Source: a virus
Lineage: Duplodnaviria > Caudoviricetes
DNA length: 58,729 nt
IMG/VR virus record: IMGVR_UViG_3300045912_000522
Span: 1 to 58,729 of that record
Reading direction: 5' to 3' (one strand)
In this document: in pieces, positions 27,205 through 36,358 of the stretch
How the letters are laid out: every line of letters starts with the position of its first letter
How positions within the stretch are numbered: the first letter of the stretch is position 1
Translations under genes and position numbers: made by a program
The notes under the pieces: generated by a model
What the model was told of the DNA's origin: nothing
The model's input: the letters and a program-made list of their open reading frames with translations, nothing else
Database searches by the model: none

Positions 27205-27635
27205 TCGGTTGAACTCTTGGAACGCCGACGGCGTCCAGTTCAACCGTCAATCCCGCAGGCTCCGCTCTGAACCCATCTCGCGACCTGCGGACTCACCCCC
27301 GACCGCACAGGCAGGGGCGTGCCAGGCCAACCGGACACGACCAGTCGCCGTCAGGGTGGACCGTCGCGAGAGCGCACCGGCACCCAAGACCGTGGGAACC
27401 GCAGGCCGACGCCGACCGCCCGTGTGGGCCGCGTGTCAGCGGTGGCCGGGCGGCTTGAAGGCCGCCCACCGGACCCCACCCGACGAACGCCCTGGGCGGC
27501 ACTCGCAATGCCACGGGGCGTTACGAGCGGCCAGCGACCCGCAGCGTCCGTCCTGCGTGCCCTGAAGAGACAGGGAAGTCGGGACCGACTGCGAACACCC
27601 GCAGCGGTTCCCCCGACCGGCAGGGAGGTGAGTAA
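27205..27635 (+). ncRNA. Putative large structured ncRNA
   Basis: No credible ORF; nested long-range helices (ACTCACC/GGTGAGT, GGGAACCGC/GCGGTTCCC) and many local hairpins. Confidence 0.5.
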
Positions 27636-27656
27636 GGGAGAGAGGGGTGCTATGTA

Positions 27657-27701
27657 GTCGAAACGCAATCGATGCCAAGGTGGCATCGATTGCGTTTCGA
27701 C
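27657..27701. repeat. Perfect 21-bp inverted repeat with 3-nt loop
   Basis: GTCGAAACGCAATCGATGCCA-AGG-TGGCATCGATTGCGTTTCGAC. Confidence 0.9.
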
Positions 27702-27757
27702 CGAGACAGACACAGTCCCTGCGCTAGCAACTATGCCTGCCTGCGATAGATTGAGGG

Positions 27758-27786
27758 TTGACGGTTCAACAACTCGTCGGTAGACT
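27758..27786 (+). promoter_or_regulatory. sigma70 promoter of replication operon
   Basis: TTGACG-N17-TAGACT; boxes at 27764, 27795, 27826. Confidence 0.75.
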
Positions 27787-27842
27787 ATCACATAGTCGAA
27801 CTATCGGAACGCCATCGGCGTGTTAGTTGAACGGAGGCCCCA

Positions 27843-29534
27843 CTGGTCGCTACACTCCCACTCCTCGACGATAGGCCCCAGGCGCCGACCCGAAACGCCC
27901 TGCGACCGTATCAGGAGGCGGCTATCGAGGCCGTGCTCACCGCCCGAGCCGAGGGTCTGCAGCGCGTCCTGATGACGCTCCCTACGGGCACGGGCAAGAC
28001 GACGACGTTCACCGAGCTGATTGACCGAATGCACCTCCGCCGGCCGGCGTTGGTCATCGCACACCGCGACGAGCTCATCCGGCAGGCGGCTGACCGTGTT
28101 CAGGCCCAGCTCCCACACCTCCGCGTTGCCATCGAGAAGGCCGCCGAGTGCGCGCCCAGAAGCGCGCAAGTCGTCGTGGCGTCGGTGCAGTCCATCGGCG
28201 GCCGGGAGAACCGGCGGCTCGCGTGGCTAGAGACGGACGGCCCCGAACTCATCATCGTGGACGAGGCGCACCACTCCAGCGCACCGAGCTACGTGAGCAC
28301 GTTCGAACGCTTCGGTGCGTATGACGGCCGTGCCTTCCTCTTGGGCGTGACCGCCACACCCCACCGGACGGACGCGAAGTCGTTGCAGAAGGTGTTCCAA
28401 GCCGAGGTCTACCGCTACGGCCTGCGGGACGCGCTGAAGGACGGCTGGCTCTGCCCCATCCGCTGCTTCCGCGTGACAACGGACGTGGACCTTTCCGGCG
28501 TCAGGACCAGCAACGGAGACTTCGAGGCGGGCGCGCTCTCGCGCGCCGTCAACAACGTGGCGCGAACCCAGAGCGCTATTCAGCACTGGCGAGAGGTGGC
28601 CGGCGACCGCAAGACATTGGTGTTCTGCGTGGACGTGCAGCACAGCTACGATGCGGCGGAGGCGTGGCGGCAGGCGGGCTTCGTCGCCGAGGCCATCGAC
28701 GGCGGAATGCACATCGACGAGCGGCGCGCGGTGCTGCGACGGTTCCACGCGGGTGAGACGCAGGTGTTGGCGAATTGCGCCATCCTCACAGAAGGCTTCG
28801 ACGAGCCCAGCGTAGCGGCCGTCGTTATGCTCCGTCCCACGAAGAGCCAGTCCCTCTACACCCAGATGACCGGCCGCGGCACCCGGCTCGCTCCTGGCAA
28901 GCGCGACCTCATCCTGATCGACGTCGTGGATAACTGCACGCGCCACACGCTCGTTCAGGCCCCCGCGCTCCTCGGGCTGCCGCCCACGATCGACTTCGAG
29001 GGCGCAAGCCTGCTCGACGGTGCAGAGCTGCTGGAGAAGAAGGGTGCGGCACGCGTCATCGCCAAGAAGCCGCAGGTGTCCCTCTCGGAGGTGAAGACCC
29101 GGCTCGAAGAGGTGGACGTGTTCGCCGCGAGCCTGGAGTTGCCGGCAGAGATTGCGGCCGCCACCAGGCTCGCCTGGACGGCGACACCGGACGGCTTCTA
29201 CCTCGACTGCCGGGAGAAGCGGACGGCGCGCCTCACGCGCGACATGCTCGGCCGCGTGCTCCTCACCCTCGCGGACGGCGGCGAGCGCAACGTGCAGATC
29301 CACTTGCCCTCTGACATGGGAGAGGCCATCCGCCTCGCTGACGCCCGTATCCTGGCGAAGTGGCCAGACTGCGGCGGGATGGTTCGCACGGACGTGGCGT
29401 GGCGTAAGGGGGCCTTCACGGACAAGCAGCGTGCCCTTCTGCAGCGGAAGAAGGTGCCGGACGAGATCATTGACGGCCTCACCAAGGGTGACGCGAGCCG
29501 TCTGATTTCGCAGCTTCTGGCCAGGAAGAGATAG
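27843..29534 (+). CDS. SF2 DEAD/DEAH helicase (probable CTG start)
   Basis: LRPYQ Q-motif upstream of the listed GTG; PTGTGKT, DEAHH, TAT, QMTGRGTR. Confidence 0.88.
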   Translation: MVATLPLLDDRPQAPTRNALRPYQEAAIEAVLTARAEGLQRVLMTLPTGTGKTTTFTELIDRMHLRRPALVIAHRDELIRQAADRVQAQLPHLRVAIEKAAECAPRSAQVVVASVQSIGGRENRRLAWLETDGPELIIVDEAHHSSAPSYVSTFERFGAYDGRAFLLGVTATPHRTDAKSLQKVFQAEVYRYGLRDALKDGWLCPIRCFRVTTDVDLSGVRTSNGDFEAGALSRAVNNVARTQSAIQHWREVAGDRKTLVFCVDVQHSYDAAEAWRQAGFVAEAIDGGMHIDERRAVLRRFHAGETQVLANCAILTEGFDEPSVAAVVMLRPTKSQSLYTQMTGRGTRLAPGKRDLILIDVVDNCTRHTLVQAPALLGLPPTIDFEGASLLDGAELLEKKGAARVIAKKPQVSLSEVKTRLEEVDVFAASLELPAEIAAATRLAWTATPDGFYLDCREKRTARLTRDMLGRVLLTLADGGERNVQIHLPSDMGEAIRLADARILAKWPDCGGMVRTDVAWRKGAFTDKQRALLQRKKVPDEIIDGLTKGDASRLISQLLARKR

Positions 29535-29543
29535 GAGCCGCGT

Positions 29544-30446
29544 GTGTCGATCACGGTCTCCACTCCCGATCCCGACCCCAACGGCCCGAAGTTCGCCCGG
29601 CCTCACATGCTCGCCGACCTCGTCGGCGAGCTGGTCGCGGATGCCGAGGCGCAGGCGGAGGCTGTCGCCGCCGGCCGTGCGCGTGGCCCTGTGAGCCGCA
29701 TAGAGCCGCTCGACACGACCCTCGGCGGCTACTTCCGGCCGGGGCTCCACGGCTTCACCGGCGACCCCGGCAGCGGCAAGACCGCGCTCGCGCTTCAGGT
29801 GGCCGCCAACTGCGGCACGCCCGCCGTTTACGTGACTGCCGAACAAGCCCCGGTGGAGTTGCTGCGAAAGGTGATTGCGCGCGTGACACAGACGCGACTG
29901 GAGGACGTGCGCGCGGCCACGCCCGCGAAGGTGCGCGAGCTGGCTGCCATCGCGGCACGGAGTGCGCCGGCGCTCATGCTCCTCGACGCCACCATCGGGC
30001 CGGCCCCGGCGAACCTCGTTGAGGGCTTCGCGGGCGAGTTACGGCAGCGGTGCAAGACGCGCGACGTTCTGCTCATCATCGACGCGCTGCAGCCCTGGGC
30101 GCGCGGCCTCGGCGACGGGCAGGAGTATGACCTCCTGCAGGCCGGTCTCACCGACCTCGTGCGCCTCACGAGCAAGCTGCGTGCCCCTGTCCTTGTCCTG
30201 TCGCACCGGAACCGCGCATCCACTGGAAGCCACGCCTCCGCGCTCACAGCCGCCAAGGGCAGCGCAGACTTCGAGCACATGGTTGAGAGCGCTCTCCATC
30301 TGGCCGTGGAGAAGGACGAGAAAGCGGCCAAGTTCCACCCCGGCACGCGCCGCGTGAACGTCGTCGTCGGGAAGAACCGCCACGGCCCGACGGACGTCAC
30401 CATCCCGCTTCACTTCGACGGCGACCGCCAGACGTTTCGGACTTGA
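29544..30446 (+). CDS. DnaB/RecA-like replicative helicase domain
   Basis: GDPGSGKT, LIIDALQ, SHRNR, KNRHG. Confidence 0.8.
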   Translation: MSITVSTPDPDPNGPKFARPHMLADLVGELVADAEAQAEAVAAGRARGPVSRIEPLDTTLGGYFRPGLHGFTGDPGSGKTALALQVAANCGTPAVYVTAEQAPVELLRKVIARVTQTRLEDVRAATPAKVRELAAIAARSAPALMLLDATIGPAPANLVEGFAGELRQRCKTRDVLLIIDALQPWARGLGDGQEYDLLQAGLTDLVRLTSKLRAPVLVLSHRNRASTGSHASALTAAKGSADFEHMVESALHLAVEKDEKAAKFHPGTRRVNVVVGKNRHGPTDVTIPLHFDGDRQTFRT

Positions 30447-30455
30447 GAATAGCGA

Positions 30456-31619
30456 ATGGCACTCACCCTGGCCGAGCTGGAGAGTTTCGACCCACAGGCG
30501 CCCCCGTCGCGCGGCAACGAGCGCCGGTTCTGCTGCCCCCTGCCCGAGTGCGCTGGGAAGCCACGGGACACCGCGCACCGCTCGCTCTGCGTGAACGTCT
30601 CCACAGGGCAATGGTTGTGTAACAGGTGTCACAATGTCGGTATCCTGGGCGAGTTCAAGGAGACGCGAGAGCCGGAGCCCCGGCTCTACGCACCGTCAAC
30701 GCGCCGCGTCCAGTTCCCCGCCCCCGAGAAGCCGCCGGTCCTGACGAGGGAGTGGATGGCCGAGCTGCGCGACCTGAAGCCTCTCGCGGGCACTCCAGGT
30801 GAGGGATACCTCTCGGGTCGCGCTATCCCGACCGACCTGGCCCACAGCGCGGGAGTCCGGTTCGCGCCGGGCTGGTATGGCCGCCCTGCCGTCGTCTTCC
30901 CTGTCCGCAGCCGTGACGGCGCCCTCGTGGCCACCGCCGGGCGCTACATCGATGACAAGGCTCCGAAGACGCGAGACGCCGGCCACAAGACCGCCGGCTG
31001 CTTCGCCACACCCGGCGCATGGGCCGCCGACCCACTCATCCTGTGCGAGGGACCGGCGGACGCACTGTCCCTCCACCTCGCCGGCTATCCGGCCGTTGCT
31101 CTCCTCGGCTGCAATCTCTCCGACGTCGTGGCGTGGAGCTGCGCGCTCCGGCGCGTGGCCGTCGCCCTCGACGCCGACGCCGCCGGGGACGCGGCGTCGG
31201 CCAAGCTGTTGGCCGCGCTCGACGTGCGCGGCGCGCGAGCCTTTCGGGTTCGTCCGCCCGACGGCAGGGACTGGAATGACCTGCTGCGAGAATGGGGCTC
31301 GGAGACGCTCGCGAGCATGCTCGCCATCACCCTCAAGGCAGCGGCTCCTCCGTCGCCACCGATCGCCGCCCCCACCCCACCCGAGGCCGGATGGACTCCC
31401 GAGGACCAGGCCGCCCACGACGCAACCCTCGGCGAAGTGGCCGCGGCGTTACCGGACGGCGACCTCATTCCCTGGCTGCGAGAGCGGTTCGGCTGCGTGC
31501 TGACGCTGGACGATCGCGGAGGGCTGAAGGCGGAGAATGCGGCCGCGGTGCCCGCCCCGGTTCGCGACGAGGTGCGCCGCCGAGCGCGTGCGCTCACCCA
31601 GCAGTTGAAGCAGCGGTAA
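30456..31619 (+). CDS. Zinc-finger + TOPRIM primase
   Basis: CPLPEC..CNRC; CEGPADALS; LDADAAG; DWND. Confidence 0.85.
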   Translation: MALTLAELESFDPQAPPSRGNERRFCCPLPECAGKPRDTAHRSLCVNVSTGQWLCNRCHNVGILGEFKETREPEPRLYAPSTRRVQFPAPEKPPVLTREWMAELRDLKPLAGTPGEGYLSGRAIPTDLAHSAGVRFAPGWYGRPAVVFPVRSRDGALVATAGRYIDDKAPKTRDAGHKTAGCFATPGAWAADPLILCEGPADALSLHLAGYPAVALLGCNLSDVVAWSCALRRVAVALDADAAGDAASAKLLAALDVRGARAFRVRPPDGRDWNDLLREWGSETLASMLAITLKAAAPPSPPIAAPTPPEAGWTPEDQAAHDATLGEVAAALPDGDLIPWLRERFGCVLTLDDRGGLKAENAAAVPAPVRDEVRRRARALTQQLKQR

Positions 31620-31658
31620 CTGACCCAAGCGTTCCTGAACTTTCTGCGCGCGCCCCAC

Positions 31659-31687
31659 TTGACGAACCAGACGACTGCCTGTATTCT
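31659..31687 (+). promoter_or_regulatory. sigma70 promoter
   Basis: TTGACG-N17-TATTCT; boxes at 31697 and 31728. Confidence 0.7.
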
Positions 31688-31740
31688 GAACTATCAGTTG
31701 AACTGACGGCGTCACGAAAATTCAGAAGTTCAACTGACTT

Positions 31741-32125
31741 GCGGGAGGGGACGGGCAAGCGGGTCTTGCAGCCCGGCGTGCCGTGCCGGTTCAATTCCGG
31801 CGTCCCGCGCTCGGGGAGGTATGACAGCGAGAGGCGGGAGCACTCGCGTTCCCAGAGGACGCGAGAGACGTGTCTGCCCGATATCAAGGTCGGCCTCCCC
31901 GTCCGAAGTGGGCGACACCGGGGTAGCCTCCCGGTAGGGTGTCCCATCACCCGAGCAAGGCAGGGATGAGTTCGGCTCGCCGGGCGGTCCTTCACTCCTT
32001 TCGCCGCCAGCGTGGCAAATGGAACCGCGACCCCCTGACGTAGGAAAGACGCTGACCAAACCCGTTGCCGGTTCCCGTCAAACCGGCTGCACCCCGCCGA
32101 TCGTGGCGGGCATGTCCCTAAAGGG
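31741..32125 (+). ncRNA. tRNA-like element followed by putative structured RNA
   Basis: GCGGGA/TCCCGC acceptor-like stem, GCCGG-TTCAATT-CCGGC T arm, degenerate D and anticodon arms; further nested helices. Confidence 0.45.
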
Positions 32126-32133
32126 AGGTCTGC

Positions 32134-32574
32134 GTGAAGCAGAAGCGACCTGGCCCTGCGTGGCTGGCAGTGGCGGTGATTGCGCTCCTGATGTTGGCCT
32201 TCACGGGTTGCGGTCGATCGGATGCCGCGACGATGGTCTCGGGCGAGTTCGGTGCGGCTCTCCAGGTCGGCGACCTGTCGCGCGGCCATTTCGGCAGCGA
32301 GTGGGGCTTTCGTTCCGAGAGCCGTCCCACGGAACTGTTCGGCAGTCTCCGCTTGGACGGCGGCCCCGGCTCCGCCGCGCTCTGCGTGGCCGGCCGGCAC
32401 ACCCTCGACCGCGGCGACTGGCTCGCGTGGGAGGACTGCCTGACCGTCCGTGCGGAGGTCCCTCTCTCCCCTCACCTACTGGCATACGGAGGCTGGGAGC
32501 GGCGGCACCGGATCGGCGACAGCAGGTTCGTGGCAGGCGCCAAGTTCGTCTTCGGCCGTAGTCCGAACGACTGA
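32134..32574 (+). CDS. Putative exported/lipoprotein
   Basis: Basic-hydrophobic signal with FTGC lipobox-like motif. Confidence 0.5.
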   Translation: MKQKRPGPAWLAVAVIALLMLAFTGCGRSDAATMVSGEFGAALQVGDLSRGHFGSEWGFRSESRPTELFGSLRLDGGPGSAALCVAGRHTLDRGDWLAWEDCLTVRAEVPLSPHLLAYGGWERRHRIGDSRFVAGAKFVFGRSPND

Positions 32575-32707
32575 CTGACCCCCGAGACACGCGGCCGTGG
32601 GCCGCCGCCAGAGGGTTCCGTAGAGTCGAAAGAGACTGGGCAAGGAAGGACCTCAAGCTGGGGCCGGGGTTTCTCGCTCGCCGGCCCCGGCATTCAAGGG
32701 GAAAAAC

Positions 32708-33004
32708 GTGAGCGCAAACGAGCAACCGAAGCAGGAGCTGACCGTCTCGCAGGCGGGTTCAAGAGGCGGCCAGGAGTGTGCTCGGCGATACGGCCGGGAG
32801 TTCTTCAAAGAGATCGGCAAGCTCGGCGGCGCGCGGACGCGCGACAAGCATGGCCGCCAGTTCTACTCGGAGCTGGGCAAGCAGGGCGGTCGGACGACCT
32901 CCGAGAAGCACGGCCCCGAATTCTACGAGAGAATCGGAAAGAAGGGCGGACAGCGGGTCCGCGAGCTGATCGCCCGAGCGAAGGCAGCGGAGGCCGGTGA
33001 GTGA
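32708..33004 (+). CDS. KGG-repeat (GsiB/YciG-like) stress protein
   Basis: FFKEIGKLGG, FYSELGKQGG, FYERIGKKGG repeats. Confidence 0.85.
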   Translation: MSANEQPKQELTVSQAGSRGGQECARRYGREFFKEIGKLGGARTRDKHGRQFYSELGKQGGRTTSEKHGPEFYERIGKKGGQRVRELIARAKAAEAGE

Positions 33005-33216
33005 TACCGGCTCTCATCTCCGAATGGCGCGTTCTGGGTTTCCTGGTGCTGCTGGCGCTCTTCTTCGTCGCCCTGGGGTTCACCGCCGGCCAGCAGTGGC
33101 CGGGGCCGGAGTGGCAGCGGAACCCCGCCGCAGCGTGCCGGGAGTATCTCAACCGGTGCCCGACATTCCACTTCTGCTCGATGTGCGGGCAGCACAAGGA
33201 CTGGAGCGCGCGATGA
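33001..33216 (+). CDS. Small membrane protein
   Basis: TM segment plus Cys cluster; GTGA overlap. Confidence 0.5.
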   Translation: MIPALISEWRVLGFLVLLALFFVALGFTAGQQWPGPEWQRNPAAACREYLNRCPTFHFCSMCGQHKDWSAR

Positions 33217-33917
33217 GCAATAGCTGGCCGACGAACCCGGAGGTGGAGAGCGTTCAGCGGATCCTGCACCGCATTCAGGGGGAGCTGAACGTCGTCGTCG
33301 AATGCCTGCGCGACCTCGCCGCGTGTGTCGAGTGGGAGGATGACACCCGGCCGCTCCTAGACAGAGACCGCCTGCTGCCCATGTGGGATCGCGTCGAGCG
33401 TATCCTCGCACGCTACGCCGATGGCGTGAACGGAATACCGCCGGGCCTCTCCCCGCGACAGCAGGGGCAGAACGGGAACGGCGGCCTGCCCGTGGATCAA
33501 CTGGCGGTCCTGCTCGATGGTGTGCAGCGCCGCCTGCGCCAGGTCCGGGGTCTGGATGTCGCCTCCGAACGAACCGAAGTCGAGTGCACCGCCTGGACGC
33601 GGGAGCTTGGGCTCGACGTGATGACCGCCGTGTCGCAGATGTTCGACCCGACCGCCGGCTGCTTGCACCCGGATCAGGTGGCGCAGTTCCGGCAGGGGCG
33701 CGCAAAGCGCGTGCTCCTTCACGCGCTGGAGCTTGCGGTGCTACACGGCGTGACGACGGACGCCATCCTCCGCGCGCTGGGCGCCGAGGGCCAGGCGGCC
33801 GCGTGCCCCGAGTGCAAGGGGACCGGCTCGCGCCGGATCGTGCCCCGGTGGCTGGGAGCGCCGGTGGGGCACATTCAGTGCGAGGCCTGCAGCGGAACCG
33901 GCGCTCTGCGGTGTTAG
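33213..33917 (+). CDS. Hypothetical protein with C-terminal CxxCxGxG zinc finger
   Basis: CPECKGTG..CEACSGTG. Confidence 0.65.
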   Translation: MSNSWPTNPEVESVQRILHRIQGELNVVVECLRDLAACVEWEDDTRPLLDRDRLLPMWDRVERILARYADGVNGIPPGLSPRQQGQNGNGGLPVDQLAVLLDGVQRRLRQVRGLDVASERTEVECTAWTRELGLDVMTAVSQMFDPTAGCLHPDQVAQFRQGRAKRVLLHALELAVLHGVTTDAILRALGAEGQAAACPECKGTGSRRIVPRWLGAPVGHIQCEACSGTGALRC

Positions 33918-33934
33918 CCGACTTTAAAAGGCCT

Positions 33935-36358
33935 ATGCAGACCGATTACCAGGCATTTCTGGCGTCGAAGCGGCTCGTCGCGCCGACGGTCGGCGTGGAC
34001 GTCCAGCCGGAGAAGTTGCACCCGGCGCTGTTCCCGTTCCAGCGCGACCTCGTGCGGTGGGCGCTCCGAAAGGGGCGCGCCGCCATCTTCGCCGACACCG
34101 GGCTAGGGAAGACGTTGATGAGCCTCTCCTACGCCCAGCACGCTGCTGAACGAGTGCTCATCCTGGCCCCGCTGGCGGTGGCGCAGCAGACGGTGCGCGA
34201 GGGGGCCAGGTGGGGCATTGAGGTGACGTATGCCCGGTCAATGGAGGCGGCACCCGAGCGCGGTATCACCATCACGAACTATGAGATGTTGTCGCACTTC
34301 GACCCGGCCGCGTTCGGTGCTGTTGTGCTTGATGAGTCGGCCATCCTGAAGTGCTTCAACGGAAAGACGCGAACTGCACTCATCGAGGCGTTCAGGCGAA
34401 CTCCCATGCGCCTCTGCTGCACAGCAACGCCGGCCCCGAACGACATACAGGAGATTGCCAATCACGCGGAGTTCCTGGGCGTGATGAGCCGCGTGGAGAT
34501 GTTGGCCCACTTCTTCGTTCACGATAGCGAAGGGTGGCGATTGAAGGGCCACGCGCGGAGGGGATTCTTCCGCTGGCTGGCCAGTTGGGGGATGGCCGTC
34601 AAGAGGCCTTCGGATCTGGGCTATGGCGATGATGGCTACGAGCTGCCGGCGCTGACCGTCACGCCCCACTTCATCGAGACAGACTACAGGCCGTCGGATC
34701 GCCTGTTCGACGTGGGGCTGAAGGGTATCACTGATCGCGCCCAGGTCCGACGCGGCACCCTGAACGCCCGCGTGGAGCTCGCCGCCGCGCTGGTCCGCGC
34801 GGAGCCGTGGGAGGCGTGGCTCTGCTGGGTGGGACTGAACGACGAGGGCCAGGAACTCGCCCGTCTCCTGACCGACGCGACGCTCGTGGAGGGTAGCCAG
34901 TCGCCCGACGAGAAGGCGGCGGCGCTGCTCGGGTTCGCGGACGGCACCGTGCCGACGCTCATCACGAAGAGCGGGATTTCCGGCCACGGGATGAACTGGC
35001 AGCACTGCGCACGGATGGTGTTCGTCGGCCTGTCGGATTGTTACGATGAGAAGACAGAAGTCCTCACGCGGCGGGGCTGGCAGAGCTTCGGGGACATCAG
35101 CACCGAAGACGAGCTAGCAACCGTCAACCCCAACAGCTTGGGGCTTGAGTGGCAAACCCCATCTCGGATTGTCTGGGAGCCCTACAGTGGCCCTATGCTG
35201 CACTTCTCCGGGCAGCGCAACTTTGACCTGATGGTGACGCCCAACCATAAGCTGTTCGTTCAGCGGTGCCCCATCAGGTTCCCGAACGGCTGTTCCGACT
35301 GGCAGCTTCGCTATGCCGAGGAGATAGCCGCTCGATACCGGCGGAGCGAATACCGGATGATGAGCGCGCCGCGCTCTGCAGAGGGGAGCCGACCGGCGGA
35401 CATTGAGATACCGGCTCACGGTCGGATCAACAGCCGCTCGCGGACAGTGGAGAGGATCCCTGCCGACGACTTCATGCGCCTGGCTGGCTGGTATCTGTCG
35501 GAGGGACACTGTCGTCCAATCGGAAGCCTTGAGGCGGGGCGAATAGTGATTTGCCAGTCCGAGCAGAATGCGGCGCACCGCGAAGAAATCATCGCCCTCC
35601 TGAAGCAAATCGGGCTCAACGTGAACAGCAATACCAAGGATATTACTGCCTACAGTATCAATCTGGCGGTCTTCCTGATCGAACAGTTCGGATCCGGTGC
35701 CAACGGGAAGCGGATTCCGCGATGGGTCAAGGATCTCCACCCAAGCCTTCTCGCTACCCTCCGAGACACGATGCTCAAGGGCGATGGGTGCCATCGTAAG
35801 GGAGTGCCCCACTCCTACCGAACGACGAGCGCAGAGCTTGCGGACGACTTTCAGGAGATATGCCTGCTTACCGGCATTCGAGGCTCGGTTCACTACAGAA
35901 GCAGCGTCGGGAGTATTCGACACTCTGACAAGGGCATATATGACATTCAACTCTCCTGGGAGCGGCTTACGCCCTCGATCCACCGTCCGCCGGAACGCGT
36001 GAAGTATGAGGGGATGATTGGGTGCGCAACCGTTCCGAACCATACGCTCATCGTCCGCCGGAACGGCATTCCCGTCGTTAGCGGCAATAGCTGGGAGGCC
36101 TACTACCAGTCCATCCGGCGCTGCTGGCGCTTCGGGCAGACACGGCCGGTCCACGTCCACGTTATCCTCTCAGACCGCGAAAGAGACATCTGGAACAACG
36201 TCCAGCGCAAGGAGGCGGAGGCAGAGTGGCTGTCGCGCGAGCTGATCGCCAACGCGGCCGAGTTCGCGAAGTCGGAGCTGGCTGCAATCACGGCGGCGGA
36301 AGAGTACCGGGCGGCGGTCCAGATGAGCGTGCCAGAGTGGCTGAAGGGAGGGTGCTGA
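33935..36358 (+). CDS. SNF2-like helicase containing an intein
   Basis: LFPFQ, DTGLGKT, LDES, TATPAPND, QSIRRCWRFGQ. Confidence 0.88.
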   Translation: MQTDYQAFLASKRLVAPTVGVDVQPEKLHPALFPFQRDLVRWALRKGRAAIFADTGLGKTLMSLSYAQHAAERVLILAPLAVAQQTVREGARWGIEVTYARSMEAAPERGITITNYEMLSHFDPAAFGAVVLDESAILKCFNGKTRTALIEAFRRTPMRLCCTATPAPNDIQEIANHAEFLGVMSRVEMLAHFFVHDSEGWRLKGHARRGFFRWLASWGMAVKRPSDLGYGDDGYELPALTVTPHFIETDYRPSDRLFDVGLKGITDRAQVRRGTLNARVELAAALVRAEPWEAWLCWVGLNDEGQELARLLTDATLVEGSQSPDEKAAALLGFADGTVPTLITKSGISGHGMNWQHCARMVFVGLSDCYDEKTEVLTRRGWQSFGDISTEDELATVNPNSLGLEWQTPSRIVWEPYSGPMLHFSGQRNFDLMVTPNHKLFVQRCPIRFPNGCSDWQLRYAEEIAARYRRSEYRMMSAPRSAEGSRPADIEIPAHGRINSRSRTVERIPADDFMRLAGWYLSEGHCRPIGSLEAGRIVICQSEQNAAHREEIIALLKQIGLNVNSNTKDITAYSINLAVFLIEQFGSGANGKRIPRWVKDLHPSLLATLRDTMLKGDGCHRKGVPHSYRTTSAELADDFQEICLLTGIRGSVHYRSSVGSIRHSDKGIYDIQLSWERLTPSIHRPPERVKYEGMIGCATVPNHTLIVRRNGIPVVSGNSWEAYYQSIRRCWRFGQTRPVHVHVILSDRERDIWNNVQRKEAEAEWLSRELIANAAEFAKSELAAITAAEEYRAAVQMSVPEWLKGGC
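35039..36088 (+). mobile_element. Intein (350 aa) with LAGLIDADG endonuclease
   Basis: D|CYDEKTEVLT ... TPNH ... LAGWYLSEG ... MLKGDG ... VSGN|S. Confidence 0.88.

Noticed and set aside
29535-29543. In-frame TAG between helicase and DnaB-like gene as readthrough
   Set aside because: The downstream gene has its own AGGAG RBS and both domains look complete.
4246-31734. GTTSAAC boxes as a degenerate CRISPR array or a LexA box
   Set aside because: They are 7-11 bp, dispersed and promoter-linked with no cas genes, and do not match GAAC-N4-GTTC, CTGT-N8-ACAG or GTTC-N7-GTTC.
31741-31808. Functional tRNA-Ala/Cys
   Set aside because: D arm is missing and anticodon-loop geometry is wrong; kept only as a tRNA-like element.
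33383-33934. N-terminal extension of the SNF2-like helicase (and 36226-36357 of the MTase)
   Set aside because: They overlap genuine upstream genes and are low-complexity shadow frames.
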